Shown here: positions 10,069-21,068 of the stretch, piece by piece | How positions within the stretch are numbered: position 1 is the first letter of the stretch | How the letters are laid out: each line of letters opens with the position of its first letter | Origin: Candidatus Poribacteria bacterium | GTDB lineage: Bacteria > Poribacteria > WGA-4E > WGA-3G | Assembly (NCBI GenBank): GCA_965215265.1 | Contig: OZ244048.1 | Coordinates: forward strand, 1,952,001-2,016,000 | DNA length: 64,000 bases | Reading direction: 5' to 3' | Made by a program: the position numbers and the translations under genes | The notes under the pieces: model-generated | What the model was told of the DNA's origin: nothing | The model's database searches: none | What the model saw: only the letters and a program-made list of their open reading frames with translations

Positions 10069-11151
10069 ATGAAATCGTTCAATAAATTGCAACATGGTGC
10101 TACAAAGGGCGTTCTATCGACATGGCTTAGTCTTGCCGTGCTATTTGCGTTTGCGCTCGGCCTTATAGGGTGTGGTACCTCCCTCAGCAACTTAGCTCCG
10201 ATTCAACCTGTGCAGAATATAGCAGATGCGTTGATGTTACAGAGCGAAAAACCTAACCAGGAAGTAGTTGTACCTGCTATTCCTGATGAGGACCTTGCTA
10301 AACCGATTCTGGACAAGTACGGGATGCGGACCGTTGGGTTCCGCATTGGTAAAGCGCAAGATGTGAACATGCAAGCGTTAACTTATCTTCTGGCGTTTAA
10401 CGAGTACGCGCATATGGAAGAAGAGTGGGGCCAATTTCTAAGCGAGTGGGGCGAAACCAAAACTCAGATTGAAATGGGCACGGGGGATGATAAGAAGATG
10501 GTTGATGCTATTTTGGTGTCAGATCTTCCGACACTCTTTCAGGTTCAGGCGAAACAGCCTATTCTGACCAAGACCCAAGATGGTGTTACGGTTTCGATTG
10601 TTTATTGGCGGCGCCCAGATTTAGACCGGAAGTACAACCGTGGCAACGCTTTTTCGCCTTTTTATGAGACAGAGGCACTCCACCAAGGTGACAAAACGGA
10701 TGTGTTTTACGTCAAGATTACCAACAATCGGAGTGAAAACATCCTCTTTGATGTGACAAAGTGCAAGATCGTTGACCAAGGGGAAAATGAATACTACGGT
10801 ATGAATTATGATGATTTAGAGGAACGTCTCACGCTAATTCCGCGTGCGACAGGGCTCTATGTAAAAAATGGGCTTGAAAATGCGCGGCAGATCTTGATTG
10901 AGCGGCGCATGAAGATTGTTGAAAAGCAGGTTGGTGCTCGTCGTACTGGTGTACCCCCAGGCGAGAGCGCAGAGGGTTTTTTGCCTTTTACCCAGACGAA
11001 GCTGAACGCGGTCGAACTGAACATCATTCTTCCTATTGAAAAGGCACCGCCACCGGGCGGCGCGCAGCGTTACCAAATGGTAGAGTTTAAATTTCCGTTT
11101 ACACACGACAGAGGTATTCGGCTGGCACAGCCTTCCCCGAGACGTTATTAG
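10069..11151 (+). CDS. hypothetical lipoprotein
   Basis: AAGGAGG SD; hydrophobic stretch ending in LIGC lipobox. Confidence 0.75.
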   Translation: MKSFNKLQHGATKGVLSTWLSLAVLFAFALGLIGCGTSLSNLAPIQPVQNIADALMLQSEKPNQEVVVPAIPDEDLAKPILDKYGMRTVGFRIGKAQDVNMQALTYLLAFNEYAHMEEEWGQFLSEWGETKTQIEMGTGDDKKMVDAILVSDLPTLFQVQAKQPILTKTQDGVTVSIVYWRRPDLDRKYNRGNAFSPFYETEALHQGDKTDVFYVKITNNRSENILFDVTKCKIVDQGENEYYGMNYDDLEERLTLIPRATGLYVKNGLENARQILIERRMKIVEKQVGARRTGVPPGESAEGFLPFTQTKLNAVELNIILPIEKAPPPGGAQRYQMVEFKFPFTHDRGIRLAQPSPRRY

Positions 11152-11250
11152 GCTTGCGTCGTAGGAGCCGCTTCTTCCTTGTTTCGGTTGTGTACGAGAT
11201 AGCTGTACGTCTGCACAGGAGTGCTCGGCAGCGCAATTTTTAACGTTTTC

Positions 11251-11287
11251 AAATGCTCGCTGTGGTTTCCTGCAGCGAGCATTTTTG
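11251..11287 (+). terminator. intrinsic terminator
   Basis: AAATGCTCGCTG...CAGCGAGCATTT stem followed by T-run. Confidence 0.75.
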
Positions 11288-11479
11288 TGTGTTGGATATA
11301 GTAGATTTTAGAATTATCTATATATTATCCGTTCGTGTGCGACGTTTTCAGAGGCAGCGGCACCGGTAGGAGCAAGCTCCGGAGCCAGATCGTTTTGCGC
11401 ACTACGGTACCCTACCCCGGGACTGGGAGAAGGGGTTTTCTGACTTTTCTCCTATAACTCCTAATGCAGACAAGACAAC

Positions 11480-13510
11480 TCAGCCATCCACAATTTGACA
11501 GTCTGGAAGTGAGTCCAAGAACTGTTTGCCGTAACTGCCCGTTTTAATTCGCGGATCGAGGATGACGACGATTCCTTTGTCGGTTTGTGTTCGGATGAGC
11601 CTGCCAAATCCTTGCTTGAGGCGCAGTATCGCTTCGGGTAAACTGAATTCAAAAAACTCGTTGCCGCCGCGTTCTTTAATCTGTTTGACGCGGGCTTCCA
11701 TCACGGGATGCGTTGGTACCTCAAATGGCAGCCGCGTGATAATGACATTGCTGAGGGCCTCGCCACGTACATCCACGCCTTCCCAAAAAGTGGAAGTCCC
11801 AAATAAAACAGAATTAGTATCCTCCCGGAACGCTTGGAGCATAGCGGTGCGTGAAAGTTGACCGCCCTGCTTGAACGTTTCGATTCCTATGTCTTCGAGG
11901 TAAGGCATGACAGCCTCGTAAACTTCATCCATCATTTTATAACTGGTAAACAGGACGAACGCTTTTCCGTGTGTCAATTTGAGGTAGTGTTTAATCTCTC
12001 TAATGACTGCTGATGTAAATTCTGGGCGGTTGGGATGCGGCATAGAACGCGGGATGTGAATGCGTACCTGTTGTTTAAAGTTAAAGGGAGAGTGTACGAG
12101 CAGTTCTCTACAGCCGTTAATGCCAACCCGTTTTTTAAAGTAATCAAAGTTGCGATTGGTAGAGAGTGTCGCGCTTGTCATTACGACGCTGTTTTTGGTG
12201 GTGAATAGGTTATCCTGTAACATCTGGTTGACGTTAGTAGGTGTCGCATTTAAGAGGATGCGTGGAGTGCGGCCGCGGGCTATGATTTCCGCCCAATAGA
12301 CATAATCCGGATCGGTTTGCCGGATTATCATGTCCAACTCGTCACGGAGCCGTTCACAGAGGCGGTAGTGTGCAGCTATTTCTTGTTCGTCATCATCGGT
12401 TTGTGCCTCGTCTCGGAGCTGTTTCAGGGCGTTTTCAATTTCGGCGAGGGGGCTATCTAATACATTTCTGATAAAATTGGATTTCTGGATACGTTTTGTA
12501 AGCGGAGAGTGCGCAGCTGCTCCTTGAACAGTGAGGGCGGCTGGATTAGCCGTTGATTTGCCAATTTCATCAATGATTTCCGCAAAGAGGCTGTTCGCTT
12601 GTTCGCGTGCTCCTGCCACCTGAACCTTCAGTTCTGAGATATCAAACCGCGTCGCCAGTCCCGCTTCGCTCCGTTCGTTATAGAGGGAATCGAGGAGCCA
12701 TTTAACTTGTGTATTGCTGAATTCCACACTCGTATGGTGAGTGGCTGTTGCCTCCAAATGGTGTGCTTCATCAATAATCAGGTAATCATAGTCAGGCAGA
12801 ATCCCTGCCGACGCGTTGTCTTTTCGGAGTGCTAAATCGCTGAAAAGTAGGTGGTGATTGACAATAAGCAGGTTTGCTTCTTGCATCTCTTGCCGTGCTT
12901 TAAAGTAGAAACAGGTGTCGTAGGTAGGACATCTGCGCCCGAGGCAGTTGTCCCGATCTGAGGCGACTTTATCCCATACGTTCGGGAGTGGTTGTCTCGG
13001 CAGGTCAGCTCTGCTTCCGTCCTCTGTCAGGCTGACCCATTCGACGATATCGGCTACCTCATTTACCTCTTCCTGGGTGTCAAAGAGTCCGCGTGGATAG
13101 TCAAGCAGTGTCTTGAGTCTTCTTCGGGATAAGTAATTCCTGCGCCCTTTTGCCAGCACTGCGATGAAATCGCGCGGAAGAGTACGCTGCAGAAACGGGA
13201 TGTCCTTGGTAACCAGTTGTTCTTGTAAGCTGATGGTGTTTGTTGAGATGACAACCGTTTGCCCTGCTTTGCACGCCAGTGAGATTGCAGGTATCAGATA
13301 CGCAAAACTTTTACCGATGCCGGTCCCAGCTTCGACAATAAGATGTTCGGAGGCGAGAAATGCACGTGCTACCTCATTTGCCATGTGCAGCTGCTCATGG
13401 CGAAATTCATAGCCGTCAAGTTGTTGCGAAATAAGCCCACCGGGGCTAAAGATATCTCTTAAAGTGAAGGATTTTGATGTTTGTACCATTTTTTTTCGGT
13501 GGCGCGGCAT
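11480..13510 (-). CDS. dinG: DinG/YoaA-family ATP-dependent DNA helicase
   Basis: EAGTGIGKS, KGRRNY, DEAH, SATL, FWEGVDVRG, QGFGRLIR. Confidence 0.9.
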   Translation of the reverse strand: MPRHRKKMVQTSKSFTLRDIFSPGGLISQQLDGYEFRHEQLHMANEVARAFLASEHLIVEAGTGIGKSFAYLIPAISLACKAGQTVVISTNTISLQEQLVTKDIPFLQRTLPRDFIAVLAKGRRNYLSRRRLKTLLDYPRGLFDTQEEVNEVADIVEWVSLTEDGSRADLPRQPLPNVWDKVASDRDNCLGRRCPTYDTCFYFKARQEMQEANLLIVNHHLLFSDLALRKDNASAGILPDYDYLIIDEAHHLEATATHHTSVEFSNTQVKWLLDSLYNERSEAGLATRFDISELKVQVAGAREQANSLFAEIIDEIGKSTANPAALTVQGAAAHSPLTKRIQKSNFIRNVLDSPLAEIENALKQLRDEAQTDDDEQEIAAHYRLCERLRDELDMIIRQTDPDYVYWAEIIARGRTPRILLNATPTNVNQMLQDNLFTTKNSVVMTSATLSTNRNFDYFKKRVGINGCRELLVHSPFNFKQQVRIHIPRSMPHPNRPEFTSAVIREIKHYLKLTHGKAFVLFTSYKMMDEVYEAVMPYLEDIGIETFKQGGQLSRTAMLQAFREDTNSVLFGTSTFWEGVDVRGEALSNVIITRLPFEVPTHPVMEARVKQIKERGGNEFFEFSLPEAILRLKQGFGRLIRTQTDKGIVVILDPRIKTGSYGKQFLDSLPDCQIVDG

Positions 13511-13744
13511 TTTCTATATTTTCGTCATTTTCGTCGATGGGTTCTATAGGCAGGTACCTATGCTCATCCCCTCAGAGATACTCTGGCCAGTCGTTATGGT
13601 AGATTTTAGAATGATTGAGACATGTGAAGCATCTCTGCTGCGTGGTGTGAGTTTCTATGAGCTGCCCCCTCCGTGAAGGTGCACTTTGCAAGCGCGCTCT
13701 ACCTCTTATCCACACCGGCTTCGATTTCTACTTCACGTTAATAA

Positions 13745-15112
13745 TTATTCGCTATTTTTCAACTGAAGGGTTACCTTTTCTGTGCCATAGTTACTTTTTA
13801 TCTCGAGGATGAGTTGCTGTGTATCGCGTTTGGCTTGTAGAAACGCGTCAAATTCTCGTGCGTCGCGAATTTTCTGACCGTTGATTGCAATGATAAGGGT
13901 CCCTCTCGGGATTTTTGCTTTGTTTACCTCTACCCTTTCAACGATAACGCCTTGGTCTGTATCGGTGAGGTAGGTGTATCGTTCAAAGTCGCGTTTTTCT
14001 AACTTCCGCACCGCGAGTCCGAGGGTTTTCCATGCGACAGAGTCATTTTCAAAGGTTTTTCCTGTAAATTTGATCGGCATTTCTGCGATGATTACATTGA
14101 GCGTCCGTTCCTGCCTATTCCGGAGGAATGTAATTTTAGATTCTTTCCCGACTTGCGAGTCGGCTATCCACATTTTGAATGCATTCGGATCTTGAACTGT
14201 CTGCCCGTTGTATTTGACGATGATGTCGCCCCGTTGTAACCCGCCGCGGTGTGCTGGACTATCTCGCGTGACTTTGTGGACGCGAATCCCTTGTGGTACT
14301 TCCATCATCTCAATCCCAAGAAAGCCCCGGATGACTCGGCCGTTCGCAATTAATTGATTGCTAACCTTTTTGACGAGGTTGCTTGGTATAGCGAAGCCTG
14401 CCCCTGCTCTGACGACCCTTGGAACGCGTGGATCATTCGGTGCGTTATCCGGACGGCGAATTAATGCGTTAATTCCGATGACTTCGCCGCGGATGTTCAG
14501 CAGCGGTCCTCCGCTGTTTCCTGTATTAATCCATGCGTCGGTCTGGATGAAATCTTCATATCGGATGATGCTGGTGGTGTCATGGAGGATGGTCCGCCCC
14601 TTACCGCTCACAATCCCACGCGTCACTGTGTAATCCAATCGAAACGGGTTGCCGATAGCGATGGCAAATTGGCCTACGCGAACCTTCTCTGAATCTGCTA
14701 ATGGGAGGACTGGAAGCTCTTCGTCCGCATCAATTTTCAAAACCGCAATCTCGGTGTTGAGATCGGTTCCCACCAATTGAGCATCAAGTTGGCTGCCATT
14801 TAACAACCGGATTTTGAGTTTCGCTGCATCCCGAATGACATGTTCGTTGGTTAGAATATAGCCTTCTTTCCGGACGATAAACCCGGAGCCCTCTAATTGT
14901 TGATATTGACCTGCTGCGTTCAGATGTACGGTACTGACACCTACAATTGCAGGTGTGCTTTTCGCTGCAACATTGACAAAAGCGTTTTCAATCGCGGATA
15001 GTAGTTCTACATCTGTAGGTTGTTTTGTTCCACGTCCACACGAAAACATGCTAATAGTTGTGCTGATGAGAAGAATGAATAGGAAAAAGTTGGCGTATCT
15101 GTTTTTTTTCAT
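13745..15112 (-). CDS. HtrA/DegP-family serine protease with PDZ domains, probable lipoprotein
   Basis: GSGF, TNEHVI, AIGNPF, IQTDAWINTGNSGGPL; signal ending MFSC. Confidence 0.9.
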   Translation of the reverse strand: MKKNRYANFFLFILLISTTISMFSCGRGTKQPTDVELLSAIENAFVNVAAKSTPAIVGVSTVHLNAAGQYQQLEGSGFIVRKEGYILTNEHVIRDAAKLKIRLLNGSQLDAQLVGTDLNTEIAVLKIDADEELPVLPLADSEKVRVGQFAIAIGNPFRLDYTVTRGIVSGKGRTILHDTTSIIRYEDFIQTDAWINTGNSGGPLLNIRGEVIGINALIRRPDNAPNDPRVPRVVRAGAGFAIPSNLVKKVSNQLIANGRVIRGFLGIEMMEVPQGIRVHKVTRDSPAHRGGLQRGDIIVKYNGQTVQDPNAFKMWIADSQVGKESKITFLRNRQERTLNVIIAEMPIKFTGKTFENDSVAWKTLGLAVRKLEKRDFERYTYLTDTDQGVIVERVEVNKAKIPRGTLIIAINGQKIRDAREFDAFLQAKRDTQQLILEIKSNYGTEKVTLQLKNSE

Positions 15113-15213
15113 GATGGATCTCGTTCCTCGGCGTGTGGCAAAACGGCTGCGCTGACGAAAAGCGCAGCCGCTGTTAATTAAGATTATGGAAGCGATAGCC
15201 ATTAGTTTTTAAA

Positions 15214-16983
15214 TTAATCCACTGCTTCATCCGGATCGTCAGCGGAAAGGTCGTCGCCGCGATGCAAGCGCAGTGCAAGGTTCGCTGTCTGCCGACGTGC
15301 GCGTGCGGTCGGTGCGTGTGCCGCCAAATAGCGGGCTGCAGCAACGAGTGCGATGCGCGCGCGCTTTTCATCGAGTTCATCCGCCTGTTGTAGGGCGGCT
15401 TCCAACATTTGGAAGGAGTGGAATTCAGCGTCCTCCCGTAGGAGAATATGTCCTAGCCGCTCCAACAGTGCGTCACGCGGATGCCCAAGCGACAGGTAGC
15501 GGTAGATGTACATCCCTGCCCTATCTGCTTGTGCCTGCGTATCAAGTAGCTCGACAAATTGATCTAGGAGTTCATCGGCATCGGTAGGAAGGGTGTCAGT
15601 TTCCCTGCGGTGTTGTGGGAGCCGTGCGGCGGGCATGTTGAACCATCTATCAAAATAGATGGCCATTGCACCGTGGAAGATGCCGCGTGCGAGCTCCACC
15701 GAGGGGGCGCGTTTCGCACACTGATGCAGCGCGTTGGCATACGTGTAGGTATGCAGCACCGAGATCCAATCGCCGAACTCGTTCTTGGTGTGGAATCTGG
15801 CGATGCGGAGTGCTGCAGCAGAGGCGAGCACCCGCGTTAATTCAGTTAAGGTTGCGCCATCCTTAAACGCCTGTTTCAATGCCTCGATCGTTTTCAGCGG
15901 GTCATCGGCGAGTAGTGTTTCGGTGAGTGCCTCGCTTCTGTTCCACTCCTTGCGCTTGCCGGTTTCAATAATATCCTCAAGCTCCTCAAAAATGCCTCTA
16001 AGTACGGGTACGAAATCGATAGGGCTGCGCCATCGATTCTGCTCTTCGGCACGTGAAGAGCTCGCCAGCATGCCGACAAGTGTGGGGATAACTTCATCTG
16101 CTTTGTCCCAGCCGATTCGTTCAAGTAGTTCAAATGCTTTGTTAATAAAATCGAGGGTATGTCCGCCATCACGATAAAAATGATCTGTGGCGGCAGTTAC
16201 CATCATATCGCAAATTTGCGTCGGTGTCCCGCCTTGGGCGATTGCTGTCTGGATAGTCCGCTCAGCACCATCGGCGTTCCGGACTTCAATGAAATAGCGG
16301 AACCATGTCTTCAGCTGCACCAAGGAGTGTGATTCGGTTTCAAGACGTGTGAGCGGGATCCGGGGCGCGGATGATGACGTTTCACCGGACACGTGGAGCA
16401 AGCCTTGATAGAGTGCGAGCACCTTGTCGGCATCGGTTAGTTTTTCAGCAACGTTCGCCATGCAGGTGAGAATCGTCATGGCGGGGCCCCATCCTGCGCG
16501 TCTGCCGCGTGCCCCATAGAGTGCGCCGACTTCAACGATGGCATCAGGATGCGTGTTCAGTCCCCTGAGCGCGATAACCGATTTGGCAAGGATGAGGTTA
16601 ATGCTTTGCTCTAACCCTTCGCGGAGCCGAATCTTCCAGCGCTCCCTGGCATCTGCACCATTCGGACTGACGTTGACGTAGACACTACCCTCCCGGATTT
16701 CAATCGGATAGGCTTCCACATCGTCTGCGAACGGGTGAAAGGTGCAACCGCTTGCTAAATCGAACATCGCATGGTGCCAGTGGCAAATCAGTATGCCGTC
16801 TTGCACGGATCCGCGGTTGAGTGGGTATCCCATGTGCGGGCAGCGGTTGTCGACTGCGAAAATCTTGCCGTTGCTTTTTGCCAAGGCAATCGGTTGTCCT
16901 GCTACATTTACAGCAATAACACCCTCTTCAGGAATCTCCCCAACCTCAGCACATTTGATGAATTGGGTCTGTCGTTCAGCCAT
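15214..16983 (-). CDS. Rieske [2Fe-2S] domain fused to a large helical domain
   Basis: CPHMG...CHWHH Rieske ligands; AAGGAG SD. Confidence 0.85.
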   Translation of the reverse strand: MAERQTQFIKCAEVGEIPEEGVIAVNVAGQPIALAKSNGKIFAVDNRCPHMGYPLNRGSVQDGILICHWHHAMFDLASGCTFHPFADDVEAYPIEIREGSVYVNVSPNGADARERWKIRLREGLEQSINLILAKSVIALRGLNTHPDAIVEVGALYGARGRRAGWGPAMTILTCMANVAEKLTDADKVLALYQGLLHVSGETSSSAPRIPLTRLETESHSLVQLKTWFRYFIEVRNADGAERTIQTAIAQGGTPTQICDMMVTAATDHFYRDGGHTLDFINKAFELLERIGWDKADEVIPTLVGMLASSSRAEEQNRWRSPIDFVPVLRGIFEELEDIIETGKRKEWNRSEALTETLLADDPLKTIEALKQAFKDGATLTELTRVLASAAALRIARFHTKNEFGDWISVLHTYTYANALHQCAKRAPSVELARGIFHGAMAIYFDRWFNMPAARLPQHRRETDTLPTDADELLDQFVELLDTQAQADRAGMYIYRYLSLGHPRDALLERLGHILLREDAEFHSFQMLEAALQQADELDEKRARIALVAAARYLAAHAPTARARRQTANLALRLHRGDDLSADDPDEAVD

Positions 16984-17391
16984 TTTCAATTCTCCTTTGT
17001 GATTATTAAGGTAAGCACGCCCAACGGACGCGGAGGCCCAGCAAAATGTCTTTCTTCAACACTGTTCTTATAAATTGATTTAACATATTTTAAGATAATT
17101 TTTGTGCTTTTGTCAACTGTTTTTTTTGCGTGCCAGTCTATATCATTTTTTCCGATTTTCGGCGTAGCACTTCCGCTTTGACTTCTGCTTCCCTTTGCAG
17201 CAAGTTGGCGCGGACTCTCTTTTCTTTCTCGGCGTTCTTCTGCCCTCTGACGGTAATGCAGGAAATCGAAAGTCACGTTAAATATGACAAAGAAGAGAAA
17301 GCAGGAGAGTAGCAGTCGCTTGTGGGAAATGGGTTTGGTACGAAAACAGGCAAAACCAGTCACAGGATGTAAAATTTCATAAAAATGCAAC

Positions 17392-17469
17392 AATTTTTTT
17401 CACAATTTCGGTAAAAGATACGAATTGGGGGTGTGCGGCGGGAAAAAAATCAACATTTGCTCATTTTTT
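17392..17469. repeat. dispersed A/T-tract element, copy 1
   Basis: CGAAT..TGTGCG..AAAAAAATCAACATTTGCTCATTTTTT; related copies at about 25720-25852 and 50872-50970. Confidence 0.6.
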
Positions 17470-17777
17470 CCTTAAAAAGCACTCAGCGAACGGGGCCTGG
17501 GAACCTTGTGTTTTAGGGATTTAGCAGGTATGGTGCTCTTTTATTTCGAAGAAAGGCGATCAGTCCGATGTGGCGTGCGCACCGTGTGAACTGGAGCAGT
17601 GCATCAGTTTTATCACGGCATAGGCATCAAGGAATTTCAACCGAGTGCGACATCATCGCGCAAGATGACGGCACTCTATCAGTAGTTTAGCAAGGAATCG
17701 GAGATCAGCAGGGAAAAGGCAATCGTAGTGGGAGCCACAAAGCGTGTTCTTCAGCACACGCCTTTTTATACCGAGTC

Positions 17778-18893
17778 TTACTGCTTAAGGTATCCCCATA
17801 TAGTGGTGAGTTTCCCTTCTGCTTCGACGGCCCGAAAACCGGTATCAAAGACCAGAACGTCTGGAATATCGCCGAGTTCTCTATTATATCCTCCGAAGAC
17901 ATAAATTTGTCCGTTGACCGTCGCTGCACCATACGGACTCAGAAGTGTTGGCAGTTCTGGAATATTCCGCCACGCCTCTTTGTGTGGACTATACACAGCC
18001 ACAGTCGCTAAAAAACGACCGTGAGCGAAACCGCCTATCAGATAGATGTCGTCCTTAACAACAATCGTCTCGAATCCCTCTCTGACATCTAACATATCCT
18101 TATTCCGCCGCCATCGACGGGTTCTCGGGGCATATTCCTCAATGCCCCTGAGAAGAGGACCCGCACCAACTGGTGGAAATCCACGTCCACCGATGACATA
18201 AAGACAAGTGCTGACAACTCCTACACCTCCAGGGTCGCGCCGGGTCGGCATTTTTGTACCCTTACTCCACCTATTCGTATCAGGATCATAGACATCCACC
18301 CGATCTATCCGCTGTTCATGTCCCTCACCGAAGCCTGTTGTCCCGCCGATAAGATAGACTTTGCCATCGAACACACCGAGATGAAAGTTGATACGAGAAA
18401 TCGGCATGTCCTTTTTCTGAGTCCATGTGTCGGTTTGAGGATTGTATGCCTCTGTGTGAAGAGGCAATTTCCAATTCTTAATTAATCTGTCTTTTGAACT
18501 ATACCCGCCAAAAACATAGATAGTGCCGTTGACAACAACAGCTCTCGCACCCTGGCGTGGCGTTGGCATATCTGTCAGTCGTCGCCATGTGTTGTTTTGT
18601 GGATCATACACCTCGACGGTTGAAATTCCATAGGGGCCGTCTGGATTTTTAAAGAGAGTGCCCCCGATGAGATAAATCTTATCCTCTACCACTGCAGTTG
18701 CGAAAGCCGTTCTCTTCGTCGAAATCTCAGTGATAACTTTCCATTCCTCACCGGCAAAGGATTCCATTCGCATAAGGAGAAAAATAAAAAAAACGAGAGC
18801 CATAACGGGAGCCGTTTTAGAATTGAATAGGCGTGGCATAGGGCATACTGACATGTGTTGTTCGCAGAAAAAAAGGGAAATTGGTAAATCCAT
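17778..18893 (-). CDS. secreted Kelch-repeat beta-propeller protein (copy C)
   Basis: six IYxxGG...W Kelch repeats, signal peptide, tail AVEAEGKLTTIWGYLKQ. Confidence 0.9.
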   Translation of the reverse strand: MDLPISLFFCEQHMSVCPMPRLFNSKTAPVMALVFFIFLLMRMESFAGEEWKVITEISTKRTAFATAVVEDKIYLIGGTLFKNPDGPYGISTVEVYDPQNNTWRRLTDMPTPRQGARAVVVNGTIYVFGGYSSKDRLIKNWKLPLHTEAYNPQTDTWTQKKDMPISRINFHLGVFDGKVYLIGGTTGFGEGHEQRIDRVDVYDPDTNRWSKGTKMPTRRDPGGVGVVSTCLYVIGGRGFPPVGAGPLLRGIEEYAPRTRRWRRNKDMLDVREGFETIVVKDDIYLIGGFAHGRFLATVAVYSPHKEAWRNIPELPTLLSPYGAATVNGQIYVFGGYNRELGDIPDVLVFDTGFRAVEAEGKLTTIWGYLKQ

Positions 18894-19214
18894 GTGCTCT
18901 CCTTTAGAGTTTTTCTAATGAGAAAAAAGCCTCGCCATGAACGTGACTTTTGTAGCAGTTATACGATGTGTAACGACCTTTTCGTAAAACTCAGACATCT
19001 AAAAGGCTTGTTGCCACCTAAAGCCACTCGGATATATCCGAAATTCGGCAGCGAACCGTGAGAGGTTATAGAAGCGAGAACCTATACAAAAACGACTCTA
19101 CGTAAATGGATAAACTCTCGCTTATCTTATGCGGAAGCCATTCGATCTATAAACGGCTTACTCTTCTAACAGGGTCCTGAAGTACACCAGTACACCCAAT
19201 GATGAGTGCTGACC
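18658..19214. repeat. 557-bp direct repeat, copy 1 (offset 5030 bp)
   Basis: identical by eye to 23688-24244; spans peptide 3' end, spacer and Kelch 5' end. Confidence 0.9.
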
Positions 19215-19438
19215 TGCTCAGCACAACAAGTCTGGGCGGGCACGCTACAAGTCGCGAAGCGTCCGCATTGGACCTGATCGCATGCTGCTGCATCGGGTGT
19301 GACCATCAGTGATGCGAGGATTGCACCTGTTGCGACAGTGCCAGCGACTAACGCATTCTTATGAGCGACATGCCCATCTTCTTTGACGAAGAAGTCGCTG
19401 ATGCACTGCTTCGTCAGTTTTGCTATGTGTCTCTGCAT
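19166..19438 (-). CDS. 90-aa Cys-rich precursor-like peptide (copy 2)
   Basis: AAGGAG SD; paralog at 24196-24468 with many synonymous differences; leader, hydrophobic segment, AxA site, 7-Cys core. Confidence 0.85.
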   Translation of the reverse strand: MQRHIAKLTKQCISDFFVKEDGHVAHKNALVAGTVATGAILASLMVTPDAAACDQVQCGRFATCSVPAQTCCAEQVSTHHWVYWCTSGPC

Positions 19439-19695
19439 GAGATTTTATCTCCTTGAGTTTATCGTAGAAAGGGTTTTGGTAAAATAATGATGTGATATCA
19501 GCAGGATACCCTCTGGATCGTGCTGCATCATCTTTCAACAATCAGAAGGGTAGCAACTCGGGCAACTTCTCTTTCTCAGACGTGTCTCCTCATTGAGAAC
19601 CAACTCAATGCTACCCGAGGAGACGCTCACACGTTGCCCAAAACATCAACGCCATTCCTTTTGACAAAAGGAATGCGTCAACACTCGCCGAGCGT

Positions 19696-20559
19696 TCAGT
19701 GTCCTTTGGCTTTGACGATCATCGGGGTGCCCGTCTTCGCTCCATTTTTACCCACCAGATGATGTGCATTCCCCGAGGCATCTAAGAAGGTCGCCGTGCC
19801 AGCAGGCTCATCAAAATGCCATAACGCCACTGTCTTTGCGTCATTCTTGAACTGGCCGTCTGGCATAAAACCCTTTTTCTCAACATCATAACGTGCAACC
19901 CTCGAGATGCGGACCTCATCAATATATCCCGTGAAGGAATCCCAAAACACTTTGGATGGCGGACGACCAGGCACCTCAATTATTTTTCCAAACCCTCCAA
20001 GCATGAAGTCCTTTGGACGCAAAGCACGAGGATCAAGATCATGTCCGAGGGGGTGATCTTGTTGTATTGTCTTTACGAAATCATTGACAATCATTGTTGT
20101 CTGAGGTCCATTAGACTGATAAACGATATGGTGCCATTGGTTCGGCTCCAGCGGAATCGGGAAAGGGATTCTCCAACCGAGCATTCCCTCAATATAGGCA
20201 CTCATTAGCAAGATAAAGTCTCCCTTCGGAGGCTCTATATTATGCCCATTAGCCAGATTATTTAGTAGCGGTTGATATTCATCGTTCATGATAGTCAGAC
20301 GCACCTGTTGATGGAGTATCGTCAATAACGTGTCCTTGTTGTCGGGCGGTGTGGTGGGATATATCCAGGCTTCAACGGTGAATTCGTCTGTCCCTTCCGG
20401 TAAAAGCAGCCCGAAGGTTTCAAAATCTAAAACGGCGTAGTCATCAACCCCATCGAGGGCTAAGTAGTTTCCGCCTGCGGGTGAAGGGGGCGGGAGTGCT
20501 TTGGCACTCAGCGGAAGGAATATAAGCAAGAGACATGCGAGGCGTTGCCGGTATCTCAT
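19696..20559 (-). CDS. secreted LamG/concanavalin-like domain protein (copy 2)
   Basis: ALDGVDDY, FTVEAWIYP, QWHHI, FTGYIDEVRIS, TVALWHFDE; AGGAG SD before ATG 20559. Confidence 0.9.
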   Translation of the reverse strand: MRYRQRLACLLLIFLPLSAKALPPPSPAGGNYLALDGVDDYAVLDFETFGLLLPEGTDEFTVEAWIYPTTPPDNKDTLLTILHQQVRLTIMNDEYQPLLNNLANGHNIEPPKGDFILLMSAYIEGMLGWRIPFPIPLEPNQWHHIVYQSNGPQTTMIVNDFVKTIQQDHPLGHDLDPRALRPKDFMLGGFGKIIEVPGRPPSKVFWDSFTGYIDEVRISRVARYDVEKKGFMPDGQFKNDAKTVALWHFDEPAGTATFLDASGNAHHLVGKNGAKTGTPMIVKAKGH

Positions 20560-20714
20560 TTTTTCTCTCCTTTTCGTAGATAAGTCTGTGAGTTTCATTG
20601 TAAATCTCAGTTTTCATTGCCGGATCAGCAACAGTTTCTATTCTCTCTTAGAGACCCCTTTTTTGTCAAAAAACGGGCAGAATCTGAAAAAAGTTGAAAA
20701 AAAATAGCGCACAT

Positions 20715-20999
20715 TTAAACGTCTAAAATTGTGCAATTCCAGAGAAATTCAATCGTGGCATAATCTGTCACGTCTCGCTGAAGATGCGGATGGGTCTCAC
20801 GCCATAACTTCGCCGTGCTTTTCAAAAGTTGTTTCAACTGATGTAGATAGTCCCCCAAAGATGTCGCCTGAATCTGAGCCGCGAGGTGTTTTATCTCTCT
20901 AATATGCTGTAACCGTTTGGTTTCACGCCATCGCTGATAAGCGAACGGACCTACAACAACAACCGTCAGAATCAGCGTCAGCAAGATATGTTTTTTCAC
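20715..20999 (-). CDS. small membrane-anchored protein, possibly a truncated gene
   Basis: AAGGAG SD before GTG 20999; KKH plus hydrophobic helix. Confidence 0.55.
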   Translation of the reverse strand: MKKHILLTLILTVVVVGPFAYQRWRETKRLQHIREIKHLAAQIQATSLGDYLHQLKQLLKSTAKLWRETHPHLQRDVTDYATIEFLWNCTILDV

Positions 21000-21068
21000 A
21001 ACACTCCTTTCTCCCCCATGGGAGTTGTAAACGATTGTTAACGCGAAAGGGATTTTACGATATTCCAA

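Noticed and set aside
16986-17393. 135-aa ORF upstream of the Rieske gene
   Set aside because: Runs through AT-rich promoter DNA, has no recognisable motif or SD; likely spurious
19166-19438. Flp/type IV prepilin reading of FFVKEDG
   Set aside because: Lacks the G|xxxxEY motif (reads GHVAHK) and no tad genes are nearby
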